Origin: an uncultured Bacteroidota bacterium
Lineage (GTDB): Bacteria; Bacteroidota; Bacteroidia; Bacteroidales; 4484-276
DNA: 64,000 bases
Direction of reading: 5' to 3'
NCBI GenBank assembly: GCA_903944895.1
Contig: CAJATL010000052.1
Coordinates: 973-64,972 of the forward strand
Below are positions 50,950-59,955 of this stretch, piece after piece. The translations under genes were made by a program, and so were the position numbers. Each line of letters starts with the position of its first letter. Position 1 is the first letter of the stretch. Under the pieces are notes generated by a model that saw only the letters and a program-made list of their open reading frames with translations, was not told the DNA's origin and made no database searches.

Positions 50950-51861
50950 ATGAAAAAGACAATGTTTTTAAGTGCGCTCATCGTTCTGGCAGTCACCTTT
51001 TTTGCCTGTAACAAAAATGACGACAACAACGATCCTGCAAATACCGACACAACTACCGAAGCAACAATGGTAATGAAAGATGCTGCTGTGGATGATGTTT
51101 CTGATGCTTCGGAATATGAAGTCGATTTTTTTACCACTGCCGTGGATTCGCTTGCTCCAGCCGAAAATAATCCTAACTGGCATCAGTGGCACATCAATCA
51201 CAATGCTTTCGGCGGACGTTTCAGGTGGGGACATTGCCCCAACATTACCATTGTTTCAGGCCCAAATAATGGATATCCCAAAACCATCACACTCGATTAT
51301 GGCGATTCCACAGTTTTAAATAATGGCCGCGTCCTGAGCGGGATCATCATCATCAATATGTCGGCTCCACCGCGCACCAATGGCGCTACACGCCTTATTA
51401 CCTTCGACGATTTCGCAATCGATTCGATAAATATTGCCGGAAATACCTCCATGGTTTTTACCGGTGACAACCTTACCCAGCGCATTTTTACTGTTACCGG
51501 CGAACTTACCTATACTTTTGCCGACAGCATTTCGCTCACACGCACCGAAGAGAGGCAGCGGGAATGGGTTGCCGGCCTCGAAACCCAGTTTGATCCCTCG
51601 GATGACGTGATCGAAATTACAGGTTTTGTTCAAGGTATTGGCAGCGAAGGTATCACCTATCTGAAGGAAATTACTGAACCTCTTGTCAGACATGGCAACT
51701 GCAGGTTTATCGTCCAGGGTCTTGTTACGATGAGCAAAAACGGTGAAGTTTTCGGAACGCTGGATTATGGCGATGGCGAATGCGACCGGTTTGCAACGCT
51801 TACCATCAACGGCGTTTCAAAAATTATCATCATTGGCCGCAGAAAACCAGGCGGACAATAA
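50950..51861 (+). CDS. Lipoprotein of unknown function (likely start MKKT at 50950)
   Basis: Lipobox TFFAC-NK; ITLDYG and LDYGDGECD motifs common in Bacteroidota lipoproteins. Confidence 0.8.
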   Translation: MKKTMFLSALIVLAVTFFACNKNDDNNDPANTDTTTEATMVMKDAAVDDVSDASEYEVDFFTTAVDSLAPAENNPNWHQWHINHNAFGGRFRWGHCPNITIVSGPNNGYPKTITLDYGDSTVLNNGRVLSGIIIINMSAPPRTNGATRLITFDDFAIDSINIAGNTSMVFTGDNLTQRIFTVTGELTYTFADSISLTRTEERQREWVAGLETQFDPSDDVIEITGFVQGIGSEGITYLKEITEPLVRHGNCRFIVQGLVTMSKNGEVFGTLDYGDGECDRFATLTINGVSKIIIIGRRKPGGQ

Positions 51862-51872
51862 TATTCGAAACA

Positions 51873-51906
51873 AAAACCTAATCCCGCCCAAATGGGATTA
51901 GGTTTT
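51873..51906 (+). terminator. Hairpin terminator, followed by hexamer (aacctc/t) repeats
   Basis: aaaacctaatccc-gcccaaat-gggattaggtttt. Confidence 0.75.
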
Positions 51907-51954
51907 ACCTCAACCTAACTCTCAATCTTAACCTCAACCTTAACCTGTTTTTGT

Positions 51955-52440
51955 TTGACAAAGGAAATTTTTAAAGCGTTGTTTGATACACATTTTGATG
52001 CGGTTCGCAGCTATGTTTATTATCGCTCCGGCGATACCGAACTGGCTACTGATGTTGCGCAGGAAACGTTCTTAAAAATCTGGGAAAAGCAATTGCAGCC
52101 CGACGTGAAAAACATCAAAGGCTTGTTGCTTAAAATTGCAGGGGATATTTTTATCAGCCGTTATCGCAGGGAAAAGCTGGCACTCGATTTTTCGATGACC
52201 TTTAAACCCGGCATCCTGGATGATTCGCCGGAAGATCAGATGCAGTTTAAAGAGCTTAAAAGCCGGTACGAACAGGCCTTAAAAATCTTACCTGAAAATC
52301 AGCGGACCGTTTTTTTAATGAGCAGGATGGACGGGCTTAAATATCTCGAAATTGCCGGCCAGCTTGGTTTAAGCGTAAAAGCTGTCGAAAAGCGGATGAA
52401 TCTTGCGCTCACTTTTTTAAAGAAGTTTATCGAAAATTAA
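51955..52440 (+). CDS. ECF sigma-70 factor (FecI-like)
   Basis: DVAQETFLKIW; LPENQRTVF.MSR.DGLKY.EIA.QLGLSVKAVEKRM. Confidence 0.92.
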   Translation: MTKEIFKALFDTHFDAVRSYVYYRSGDTELATDVAQETFLKIWEKQLQPDVKNIKGLLLKIAGDIFISRYRREKLALDFSMTFKPGILDDSPEDQMQFKELKSRYEQALKILPENQRTVFLMSRMDGLKYLEIAGQLGLSVKAVEKRMNLALTFLKKFIEN

Positions 52441-53310
52441 ATGAATGAAATAAAATTACATATCAATCCATCAGATCAACCCGAGGACGATTCGATCATG
52501 CTTTTTGCAAAGATGGAAATTCCCTGGGAGAAGTCTAAAAATCAGGCCTGGGAAGCGCTTTCTGCAAAGATCGACGAAATGCCCGAAGCCAGGAACAGAC
52601 GCTTGATTCCGATGATTTACAAGCTGAGTGCAGCAGCCGTAATTATCATTCTGGTTGGGATAAGTTTGTTTTTGAGATTATACTCAACCACGATTTCTTC
52701 CCTTAACGGAGAAAACATGGCCGCTCTGCTTCCCGACGGTTCCACCGTTGAAATCAATGCCGGCAGCACATTGACTTATCACCCGTATTGGTGGCAATTT
52801 TCACGAAAAGTTAGTTTTGAAGGCGAAGGTTTTTTCAAGGTCGAAAAAGGACGGAAATTCGATGTTACTTCGAAGTTGGGAAACACCATAGTCCTGGGCA
52901 CAAGTTTTACTGTTTATTCGCGCAACGACCAATACCGCGTTTCCTGCTTTACAGGAAGGGTAAAGGTAGTTTCGAAAAATGACGGATACGTTTTTCTCGA
53001 TCCCAACGAACGTGCCGTTGTCGGGCCTGATGGTTCGATTGTAAAGAAAATAAACCACCCAAACGAGCCTTCAAACGAAAACGACAATGAGTTTTTGTTC
53101 ACCGGTACACCACTCACCCAGGTTTTTGCGGTAATCAGCCGGGCTTATCAGGTTCCCGTTTTCTTCAAAACCGAAAAGGAATTTTTCTACACCGGGAATT
53201 TTACAAACGAAAAGCCGCTTAACGACGTTTTGGATCTGGTGTGCAAACCTTTTGGGCTAAGCTTTACGAAGCAGACCGACGGTTCATATCTGGTTTTCCA
53301 AAACAAATAA
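52441..53310 (+). CDS. FecR-family anti-sigma factor
   Basis: TM helix, LPDGS.V.INAGS.L.Y, GEGFF.V, VLGTSF. Confidence 0.9.
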   Translation: MNEIKLHINPSDQPEDDSIMLFAKMEIPWEKSKNQAWEALSAKIDEMPEARNRRLIPMIYKLSAAAVIIILVGISLFLRLYSTTISSLNGENMAALLPDGSTVEINAGSTLTYHPYWWQFSRKVSFEGEGFFKVEKGRKFDVTSKLGNTIVLGTSFTVYSRNDQYRVSCFTGRVKVVSKNDGYVFLDPNERAVVGPDGSIVKKINHPNEPSNENDNEFLFTGTPLTQVFAVISRAYQVPVFFKTEKEFFYTGNFTNEKPLNDVLDLVCKPFGLSFTKQTDGSYLVFQNK

Positions 53311-53313
53311 CAG

Positions 53314-55818
53314 GTGAAGCGGACATTTCTTTTTTGCTTATTCATACTTTCACTTTTGGCTACGACGGCATTTTCGCAAAGTATCGGAATTGTCTCCGCC
53401 AATAAGCCTTTAAACGCCGTTTTGATTGATCTCCGCAATGATTACAACCTCCGGTTTTCGTTTGATGATGAGCTTTTATCTGCCTTTAAAGTGACGATCA
53501 GCGGAAGCTTCATTACACCTGAAAAGGCAGTTGAGGCATTGCTTTCAGGGCTACCTTTGGCTTTTGAAAAAAAAGATGACGTTTTCCTGATATTTCCAAA
53601 ACCTCAACAGCCTTCTCCCAAAAAATTTCTTATCGCCGGCAAGGTTGTCGAAACCGGCTCCTCCGAACCCCTGCCTTATGCCCAACTATTGATAAACAAT
53701 TATAAAGTTGCCGCCGATTTCGGTGGCAGTTTTTCGTTTATCAGTGAGGCCGACAGCATTTTTAATCTGAAGATTTCCTACCTTGGATTTTATGTGCTGG
53801 ACACTATCGTGGGCGCCGGAGTGAATCATATATTTGAGTTATCATCAGCCAGCCTTCCGCTTTCCGAAATCGAAATTACAGCTAAGGTCATCGAAAAAGC
53901 AACACAAACCGGCGATGAGCCCGGTTTGACGAAACTCAATCACAAGGTTGCTACTTTTCTTCCGGGAAGCAGCGACAACTCGGTGTATAACCTGCTGCGC
54001 CTGCAACCGGGGATTCTGGCCTCCGGCGAAAGCACCAACGACCTCATCATCTGGGGAAGCTACGAAGGCCACAGCCAGGTTTTGTTTGATGGTTTTACCG
54101 TTTACGGACTTAAAAATTTTAACGACAACATTGGTCCCATCAACGCTTTTGTTGCCAAAGACATCGAAATTTACAAAGGTGGTTTTGATGCAGGATTTGG
54201 CGGCCGTGTTGGCGGCATCGTAAATATCACCGGCAAAAACGGCAATATGCTCAAACCTTCGGTTAATCTGAGCATCAGCAACCTTATCTTCAACGGAAGT
54301 GTTGAAACGCCGGTATTTAAAAACAGCTCACTGTTGGTTGCTTTCCGGCAGACCTTTTACAACCTCTACGATCCTTATCAATTGAATGTTTACGGTAAGC
54401 GAAATCCGGAAAATGATACCGCAAACGAGACCGAATTAAAAGTTGTCCCGGATTATGCGTTTCGCGATTTTAACGTTAAATTTTCGAACCGCAACGATAA
54501 CGGCGACCTGTTTTTTATCAGTCTGTACGGCGGAAACGATACCTATACCTACACCATCAATCAGCCATTTGGCCGGCGAACATTGATCAAGAACACTGCG
54601 GAGGAAAATACGCAAATGGGTGCATCGGTATTTTTTGGGAAAAACTGGCAAAACGGCAACACTACGAAGTTTACACTCGGATATTCAGGCATATTTCCCC
54701 GGTTTTCGGATAACCTTCACCTCTTAACACCGAATAACCAGGATCTTCTACGCAAAGACGATCAAACCAGGAACAGCCTTGAGGAAATTACTGCCCAGGC
54801 AGAAAATCTGATTTTGATAAACGAAAATCACAGGTTCGAAACCGGAGTGGGCTTTGTGCATAATGCTGCTTCGCTGATCGAAGATTCGCTGAATGTCCGT
54901 CAGGTTGACATCAGCAACAGCGCCGACCGGCTTTATTTGTTTTTTCAGGATATCATTTCATCCCAAAAGAATTATGAAGTCAAAGCTGGATTCAGGATGA
55001 ATTATGCCACAAATCTCAACAGGATTTATGTTGAACCACGGCTTTCGGCTTCCTTTTTTATCGATGATTTCTGGAAGCTCAACACAGCGTGGGGATTATA
55101 TAATCAGTTTATTTCGAAAAGCTCGGTGGTTGACGAAAACGGGAATTTCCGCTACATCTGGACAACCTGCGACAACGTGGAAGTGCCGGTGTTGCGGGCT
55201 TCGCATTTTGTGCTGGGCAGCTCCTATCACCAAAATGGTTTTACTTTTAGCCTCGAAGGATATTACAAAACTACCGAAGGCATCACGCGTTATGTAAACC
55301 GTTACTGGAAAAAGGAAAAAGACATTTACGAAGGAAACGGTCAGAGCTACGGCGTCGATTTTTATGTTCAAAAAGACCTGGGTGGAAACTCATTTTGGAT
55401 GTCGTACTCGCTGGGGAGAACCGAAGAAAAATTTTCATACTTCGCTCAGGATGATTACCGGCGGGCGCCGCAGGATCAGCAACACGAGCTGAAATGTGCC
55501 GCACTGATCGATTTGAACCCTTTTTATGTTTCGGCCGATTATGTTTTTGGTTCCGGTTTTCCAGGAAATCCCTACTCGGTTATGAATCCTACACCTGAAA
55601 ACTACACCTACAGCCGCCTCGATGCCTCGGTCATCTATAAATTTGTTGTTAAGAAAATGGCTGTCGAAACCGGCATTTCGGTTTTGAATGTTTTAGATAC
55701 CGAAAACATCAAATATTCCAATTTTACACGGATTCCGCTCACGCAACTAAACTCCATAAATATTCAGGAAGAGGCCTTGCCATTTACGCCGAGTTTGTTT
55801 TTAAAGCTTTCTTTGTAA
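53314..55818 (+). CDS. TonB-dependent receptor with N-terminal signalling (STN-like) extension
   Basis: Signal peptide, PL..VL..L...Y...FSF STN-like domain, LLRLQPGI, KGGF.A.FGGRVGGIVNIT plug. Confidence 0.87.
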   Translation: MKRTFLFCLFILSLLATTAFSQSIGIVSANKPLNAVLIDLRNDYNLRFSFDDELLSAFKVTISGSFITPEKAVEALLSGLPLAFEKKDDVFLIFPKPQQPSPKKFLIAGKVVETGSSEPLPYAQLLINNYKVAADFGGSFSFISEADSIFNLKISYLGFYVLDTIVGAGVNHIFELSSASLPLSEIEITAKVIEKATQTGDEPGLTKLNHKVATFLPGSSDNSVYNLLRLQPGILASGESTNDLIIWGSYEGHSQVLFDGFTVYGLKNFNDNIGPINAFVAKDIEIYKGGFDAGFGGRVGGIVNITGKNGNMLKPSVNLSISNLIFNGSVETPVFKNSSLLVAFRQTFYNLYDPYQLNVYGKRNPENDTANETELKVVPDYAFRDFNVKFSNRNDNGDLFFISLYGGNDTYTYTINQPFGRRTLIKNTAEENTQMGASVFFGKNWQNGNTTKFTLGYSGIFPRFSDNLHLLTPNNQDLLRKDDQTRNSLEEITAQAENLILINENHRFETGVGFVHNAASLIEDSLNVRQVDISNSADRLYLFFQDIISSQKNYEVKAGFRMNYATNLNRIYVEPRLSASFFIDDFWKLNTAWGLYNQFISKSSVVDENGNFRYIWTTCDNVEVPVLRASHFVLGSSYHQNGFTFSLEGYYKTTEGITRYVNRYWKKEKDIYEGNGQSYGVDFYVQKDLGGNSFWMSYSLGRTEEKFSYFAQDDYRRAPQDQQHELKCAALIDLNPFYVSADYVFGSGFPGNPYSVMNPTPENYTYSRLDASVIYKFVVKKMAVETGISVLNVLDTENIKYSNFTRIPLTQLNSINIQEEALPFTPSLFLKLSL

Positions 55819-55820
55819 GA

Positions 55821-56141
55821 TCAGAAAGTTACAACCTTATCGGCCCAGATTACCAGATTCACACAATCGATCATCGTCGAAAGGGGGCAATTATCAGTTT
55901 CGTTCAACTGCCTTGATTTCAGACAAGTCCCACATGCCAGAATTTTGCCACCTGCCGCGACAAAAAGTTTTAACTGCTCGTCAACATTGTACTTTTCGTG
56001 AGTCAGCCCTTCACATTCCACGGCTTCTCCCATCAGGAAAACTTTAACATCATTCCCCATTTTTTTTGAAGTCACGGCATTTCTGAAAACATTCCATGCT
56101 TTTTCAAACTCTTTTGTTTCGATGATGATCCCGATTTTCAT
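55821..56141 (-). CDS. DsrE-family protein
   Basis: VKVFLMGEAVE, ILACGTCLKSR, ADKVVTF. Confidence 0.85.
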   Translation of the reverse strand: MKIGIIIETKEFEKAWNVFRNAVTSKKMGNDVKVFLMGEAVECEGLTHEKYNVDEQLKLFVAAGGKILACGTCLKSRQLNETDNCPLSTMIDCVNLVIWADKVVTF

Positions 56142-56149
56142 AGCTTAAA

Positions 56150-57148
56150 TTACTTGTAATTTTGTGGAGGTGCAGCCTGTCGTTCCATCAATTTTGAATG
56201 GCTTAAAGTAAGATCAAGCGGTATTTTTATTGAATATTCCTTTCCGGAGGCGTTTGGCAGTTGGTTTTCGCGTAGCCAGGGATTGAAATATTTGAGCGTT
56301 TTGTAGGTTATGCCCATGCTTTTGGAATAGTCAACCAGGTTTGTGATAGGGGTAGTAACTGTAACTGTTGTTGAAGGAATCGGAGGATATAAATCTTCGT
56401 TTTTCAGGTAAAAGCCAAATTTCTCAGGTTGGAGGAAAATTGTTTTAATGGCATAAATCCTGAATAAATACCTGGTAGTTTCGACCGAGAGCATGAGATC
56501 GTAATAATTGTTTACTTTTTGCTTTTTCAGTTCTTCCGAAATCCTTGCCATTCCTGTATTGTAAGACGCTGCCACCAGTGTCCAGTTACCAAATTTCGAA
56601 TAGGCTTCTTTAAAATATTTACACGCCGCCAAAGTGGATTTTTCAACATTATAACGCTCATCAACAAAGTCGTTAACCTCGAGGCCACGCTCTTTTGCGG
56701 TAGTTTTTAAAATTTGCCAAAAACCCGTTGCACCTGCAGGTGATGTTACATTTTCGAGTCCACTTTCGATAAGTGCCAGGTATTTAAAATCGTTGGGAAT
56801 GCCCTGTTTTTCCAGAATGGGTTCAATTACTGGGAGCCAGCGATGGGCGCGTTTTAGAATCATGATTGTTGCCGAATGCCAGTAGGTGTTTACATTTAGC
56901 TCACGGTCGAGATATTCGCGCACATAAAAAACATCAAGTGGTGCAGGTTCGCCGCAAAAACTAACCGAATCAGGGATTGTGACGCTATAAACGGGATGTT
57001 GTATGCCTGGCATCAATGGAGGAAAGATGGATTGCCCCTGTTGAAATGATTCATCTGATGGCTTTTGTTGGCCCGATGCAAGGTAGAAAAACAGTATGGC
57101 AACTGCCAAAAGCGAAAAACCGACAGAGAAATACAGATTTTTCTTCAT
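56150..57148 (-). CDS. Lytic transglycosylase (SLT/MltD-like)
   Basis: LALIESG, SPAGATGFWQ, VDERY, AASYN.G, ETTRY. Confidence 0.9.
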   Translation of the reverse strand: MKKNLYFSVGFSLLAVAILFFYLASGQQKPSDESFQQGQSIFPPLMPGIQHPVYSVTIPDSVSFCGEPAPLDVFYVREYLDRELNVNTYWHSATIMILKRAHRWLPVIEPILEKQGIPNDFKYLALIESGLENVTSPAGATGFWQILKTTAKERGLEVNDFVDERYNVEKSTLAACKYFKEAYSKFGNWTLVAASYNTGMARISEELKKQKVNNYYDLMLSVETTRYLFRIYAIKTIFLQPEKFGFYLKNEDLYPPIPSTTVTVTTPITNLVDYSKSMGITYKTLKYFNPWLRENQLPNASGKEYSIKIPLDLTLSHSKLMERQAAPPQNYK

Positions 57149-57174
57149 TGGATTAAATTTAGGGTTTCGGAAAG

Positions 57175-57720
57175 CTAAAACGGGCTGATAAAATCTTTAA
57201 ACAAAGGCGATATTTTATCTTTTTCAGATAAAACCGGATGAATGTCCTTTCCCCAGTCAATGCCAAGGTCAGGATCATCCCATCTGATGCTGCCTTCGGA
57301 GGCTTTATCGTAAACGTTGGTGCATTTATAAAAAAACACAGTATGATCTTCGAGGGTCAGGAAACCATGGGCAAAGCCTGCCGGAACCCAGTACATCCAT
57401 TTGTTTTTGTCGCTGAGTACGATGGACGCCCATTTTCCATAAGTTGGCGATTCCTGCCTCAGATCAACAGCTACATCGAGCACAGAGCCGTGCATTACCC
57501 GTACTAATTTTCCCTGTGAAAATGGCGGTCGTTGAAAGTGCAGGCCGCGGAGCACATTTTTCATCGAACGCGATTCGTTGTCCTGAATAAAAGTTACATC
57601 AATGCCGTGTGCCAGGAATTTATCACGATTGTACGATTCAAAAAAGTATCCCCTTTCGTCTTCAAAAACGGCAGGTTTTATAATCAGCAGGTCGTTAATT
57701 TCAGTTTTTTCGATTTTCAT
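57175..57720 (-). CDS. rfbC: dTDP-4-dehydrorhamnose 3,5-epimerase (likely start MKIEK)
   Basis: DERGYFFE, QDNES.S, LRGLHFQ, QGKLVR, GFAHGF, SEKD. Confidence 0.95.
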   Translation of the reverse strand: MKIEKTEINDLLIIKPAVFEDERGYFFESYNRDKFLAHGIDVTFIQDNESRSMKNVLRGLHFQRPPFSQGKLVRVMHGSVLDVAVDLRQESPTYGKWASIVLSDKNKWMYWVPAGFAHGFLTLEDHTVFFYKCTNVYDKASEGSIRWDDPDLGIDWGKDIHPVLSEKDKISPLFKDFISPF

Positions 57721-57770
57721 GTGAAATGTTTTTTTGGTCAAAAATAGGAAAAATGCGACAACACAAAATA

Positions 57771-59261
57771 TTATTCTTTCCTGATAAAATCCCTGGCATC
57801 TGAAGCTGCATTATTTAAATAAGCTACATCAAGTTTGTTATTACGAATCCGATAAAGCCATAAAAAGAAAAATAAGGAAGCTATTAAAGAAATGCTGATT
57901 CCAATAATTGTTCCTGTAAAAACAGCCATATTAAGTCCTTCCGGAGCGACAAACAGGTAGGTAGTAACCACTGAGGTCATAAAAATGGCAGGGATCAGCA
58001 TAATCCAGTAAAATTTCCGGTTTAGCGCAAGGTAAACAGTAATCGACCATAAAACAATGGTGGCGAGGGTTTGGTTGGACCATGCCATGTATCGCCAGAT
58101 TATGGCGAAATCCATCTGGGTAAGCACAAAACCAGCAACAAACAGCGGAACAGTAATATAAAGCCGGTTTTTTATGGGTCCCTGTTTAAGTTTGAGAAAA
58201 TCAGCAACGATGAGTCGTGCACTTCTGAAAGCCGTATCACCGGAAGTGATGGGCGCAGCTACAACACCGATGATCGCCAGAATAGCCCCAAACCTTCCAA
58301 GCAGCGAATTTGAAATTTCATTCACGATCCAGGCTGCATTGCCCTTATGTTCGGCCATTACGGTATTTAATTCGTTCACACCACCAAAAAAACTCATCGC
58401 AACGGCAGCCCAGATCATGGCTACAAGGCCTTCGGTAATCATTGCCCCATAAAACACGCGCCGGCCATAGCGTTCCTGAGTGATGCATCGCGCCATTAAC
58501 GGAGATTGTGTAGAGTGAAATCCTGAAATTGCCCCGCAGGCAATGGTAACAAACAACATGGGGAAAACCGGGAATTTATCGGCTTCAGCATTCATATTTG
58601 TAAAATTTGCCGGTGTAAGTTCAGGGATTGGCAATCCATTATAAATCATCATTCCGCCAATACCCACAGCCATAAAAAGAATTGCAAAGCCAAAAAACGG
58701 ATAAATGCGGCCAATGAGTTTATCAATGGGCAACAAGGTAGCAAGCACGTAATAAATAAAGATAATCACAGCCCAGGTAGTTACATCAAGAAGTCCGGGA
58801 GTAAGTCCTGACAAAATTTTTGCCGGCCCCATAATAAAAACGGCTCCGACCAAAATCATCATAGCCACTGTAAAAACCCGCATAAACTGCTTGGTGCCGA
58901 TTCCCATGATGCTTCCAACAATCTCCGGAATGCTTTTTCCACCCATTCTTAGCGACATCATACCCGAAAAATAGTCGTGAGCAGCACCTGCAAAAATACA
59001 TCCCAGCACAATCCACAAAAAAGCCACTGGTCCCCACATTGCCCCGGCAATTGCGCCGAAAATAGGACCTAAACCAGCTATGTTCAGGAATTGTATCAGG
59101 AAAATTTTTGGCCATTTCAACGGGACAAAATCAACACCATCGGCCATCGTCATAGCCGGAGTGGGGCGGTTATTATCAATTACAAATACTTTTTCGACTA
59201 CTTTGCCATAAAGGAGGTAACCCAGAATAAGCGCCGCTACTGAAATAAAAAAGGTAATCAT
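57771..59261 (-). CDS. cstA: Carbon starvation protein A-family transporter
   Basis: DGVDFVP, IQFLNIAGLGPIFGA, IACGAISGFHSTQSP, TSGDTAFRSAR. Confidence 0.93.
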   Translation of the reverse strand: MITFFISVAALILGYLLYGKVVEKVFVIDNNRPTPAMTMADGVDFVPLKWPKIFLIQFLNIAGLGPIFGAIAGAMWGPVAFLWIVLGCIFAGAAHDYFSGMMSLRMGGKSIPEIVGSIMGIGTKQFMRVFTVAMMILVGAVFIMGPAKILSGLTPGLLDVTTWAVIIFIYYVLATLLPIDKLIGRIYPFFGFAILFMAVGIGGMMIYNGLPIPELTPANFTNMNAEADKFPVFPMLFVTIACGAISGFHSTQSPLMARCITQERYGRRVFYGAMITEGLVAMIWAAVAMSFFGGVNELNTVMAEHKGNAAWIVNEISNSLLGRFGAILAIIGVVAAPITSGDTAFRSARLIVADFLKLKQGPIKNRLYITVPLFVAGFVLTQMDFAIIWRYMAWSNQTLATIVLWSITVYLALNRKFYWIMLIPAIFMTSVVTTYLFVAPEGLNMAVFTGTIIGISISLIASLFFFLWLYRIRNNKLDVAYLNNAASDARDFIRKE

Positions 59262-59402
59262 ACTTCAATTTTTTACAAAAATAGAAAAGCTTACGCAACT
59301 TCTCGTAAAAATTCAACGATCGAAAGTACTATGTGACGCTTTGGTCAAAAATACTGGAAGTTTAAAGAAGCGTTAAAAGGAAACGTCTTGCTCTTAAAAA
59401 CA

Positions 59403-59431
59403 AAGAGCAACCTTTAAGTAAAGTTGCTCTT
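59403..59431. terminator. Intergenic hairpin terminator
   Basis: aagagcaac...gttgctctt with a minus-strand T-rich tail. Confidence 0.65.
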
Positions 59432-59955
59432 CGCAAAAACCAAATGAAAGATGGAACCAGGTTGATGATGTGATTTTTTGATGCTCAATAAAAATTTATA
59501 AAACGCTTAAAAAGGATCAGTAAATGAGCTGATGAGTAAAATGAAGTTTGGGGGAATCCTCCCGGATTCAATTGCTGATGTTGAGTTAAAAAACCATATG
59601 AAAAAAGCAATTTGAGCGTAAAAACAAAAATGGTTTCCTGCAAATGCTGAGAGGTGACCCCGCAAAAAAAATTAAATCTTTTGCATCAAAAAAACCAAGT
59701 GCTAAAGGATATCAGCAGTTGTTTGATAATTTTAGCAGTTATTAAAATTTAAATATTTGAAAGAACGATTTGAAATGGAATTTAAATACATCGTAATTCA
59801 ACCAGTCTCCATTTCTTAGACAGGCTAATAATAAATGGTTGCCTGATGGATTTTTTTATCAGCAAAGTTTGTTTCTAAAGCCTGGTTATTAATAAAAAAC
59901 CGCCTTTAATTCCTTGAAGACGGTTAATTCATTAAAGAATTCGGGGAGGGGACAA

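Noticed and set aside
59290-59340. LytTR-type operator upstream of cstA
   Set aside because: Candidate half-sites are spaced 18 and 20 bp apart and match poorly
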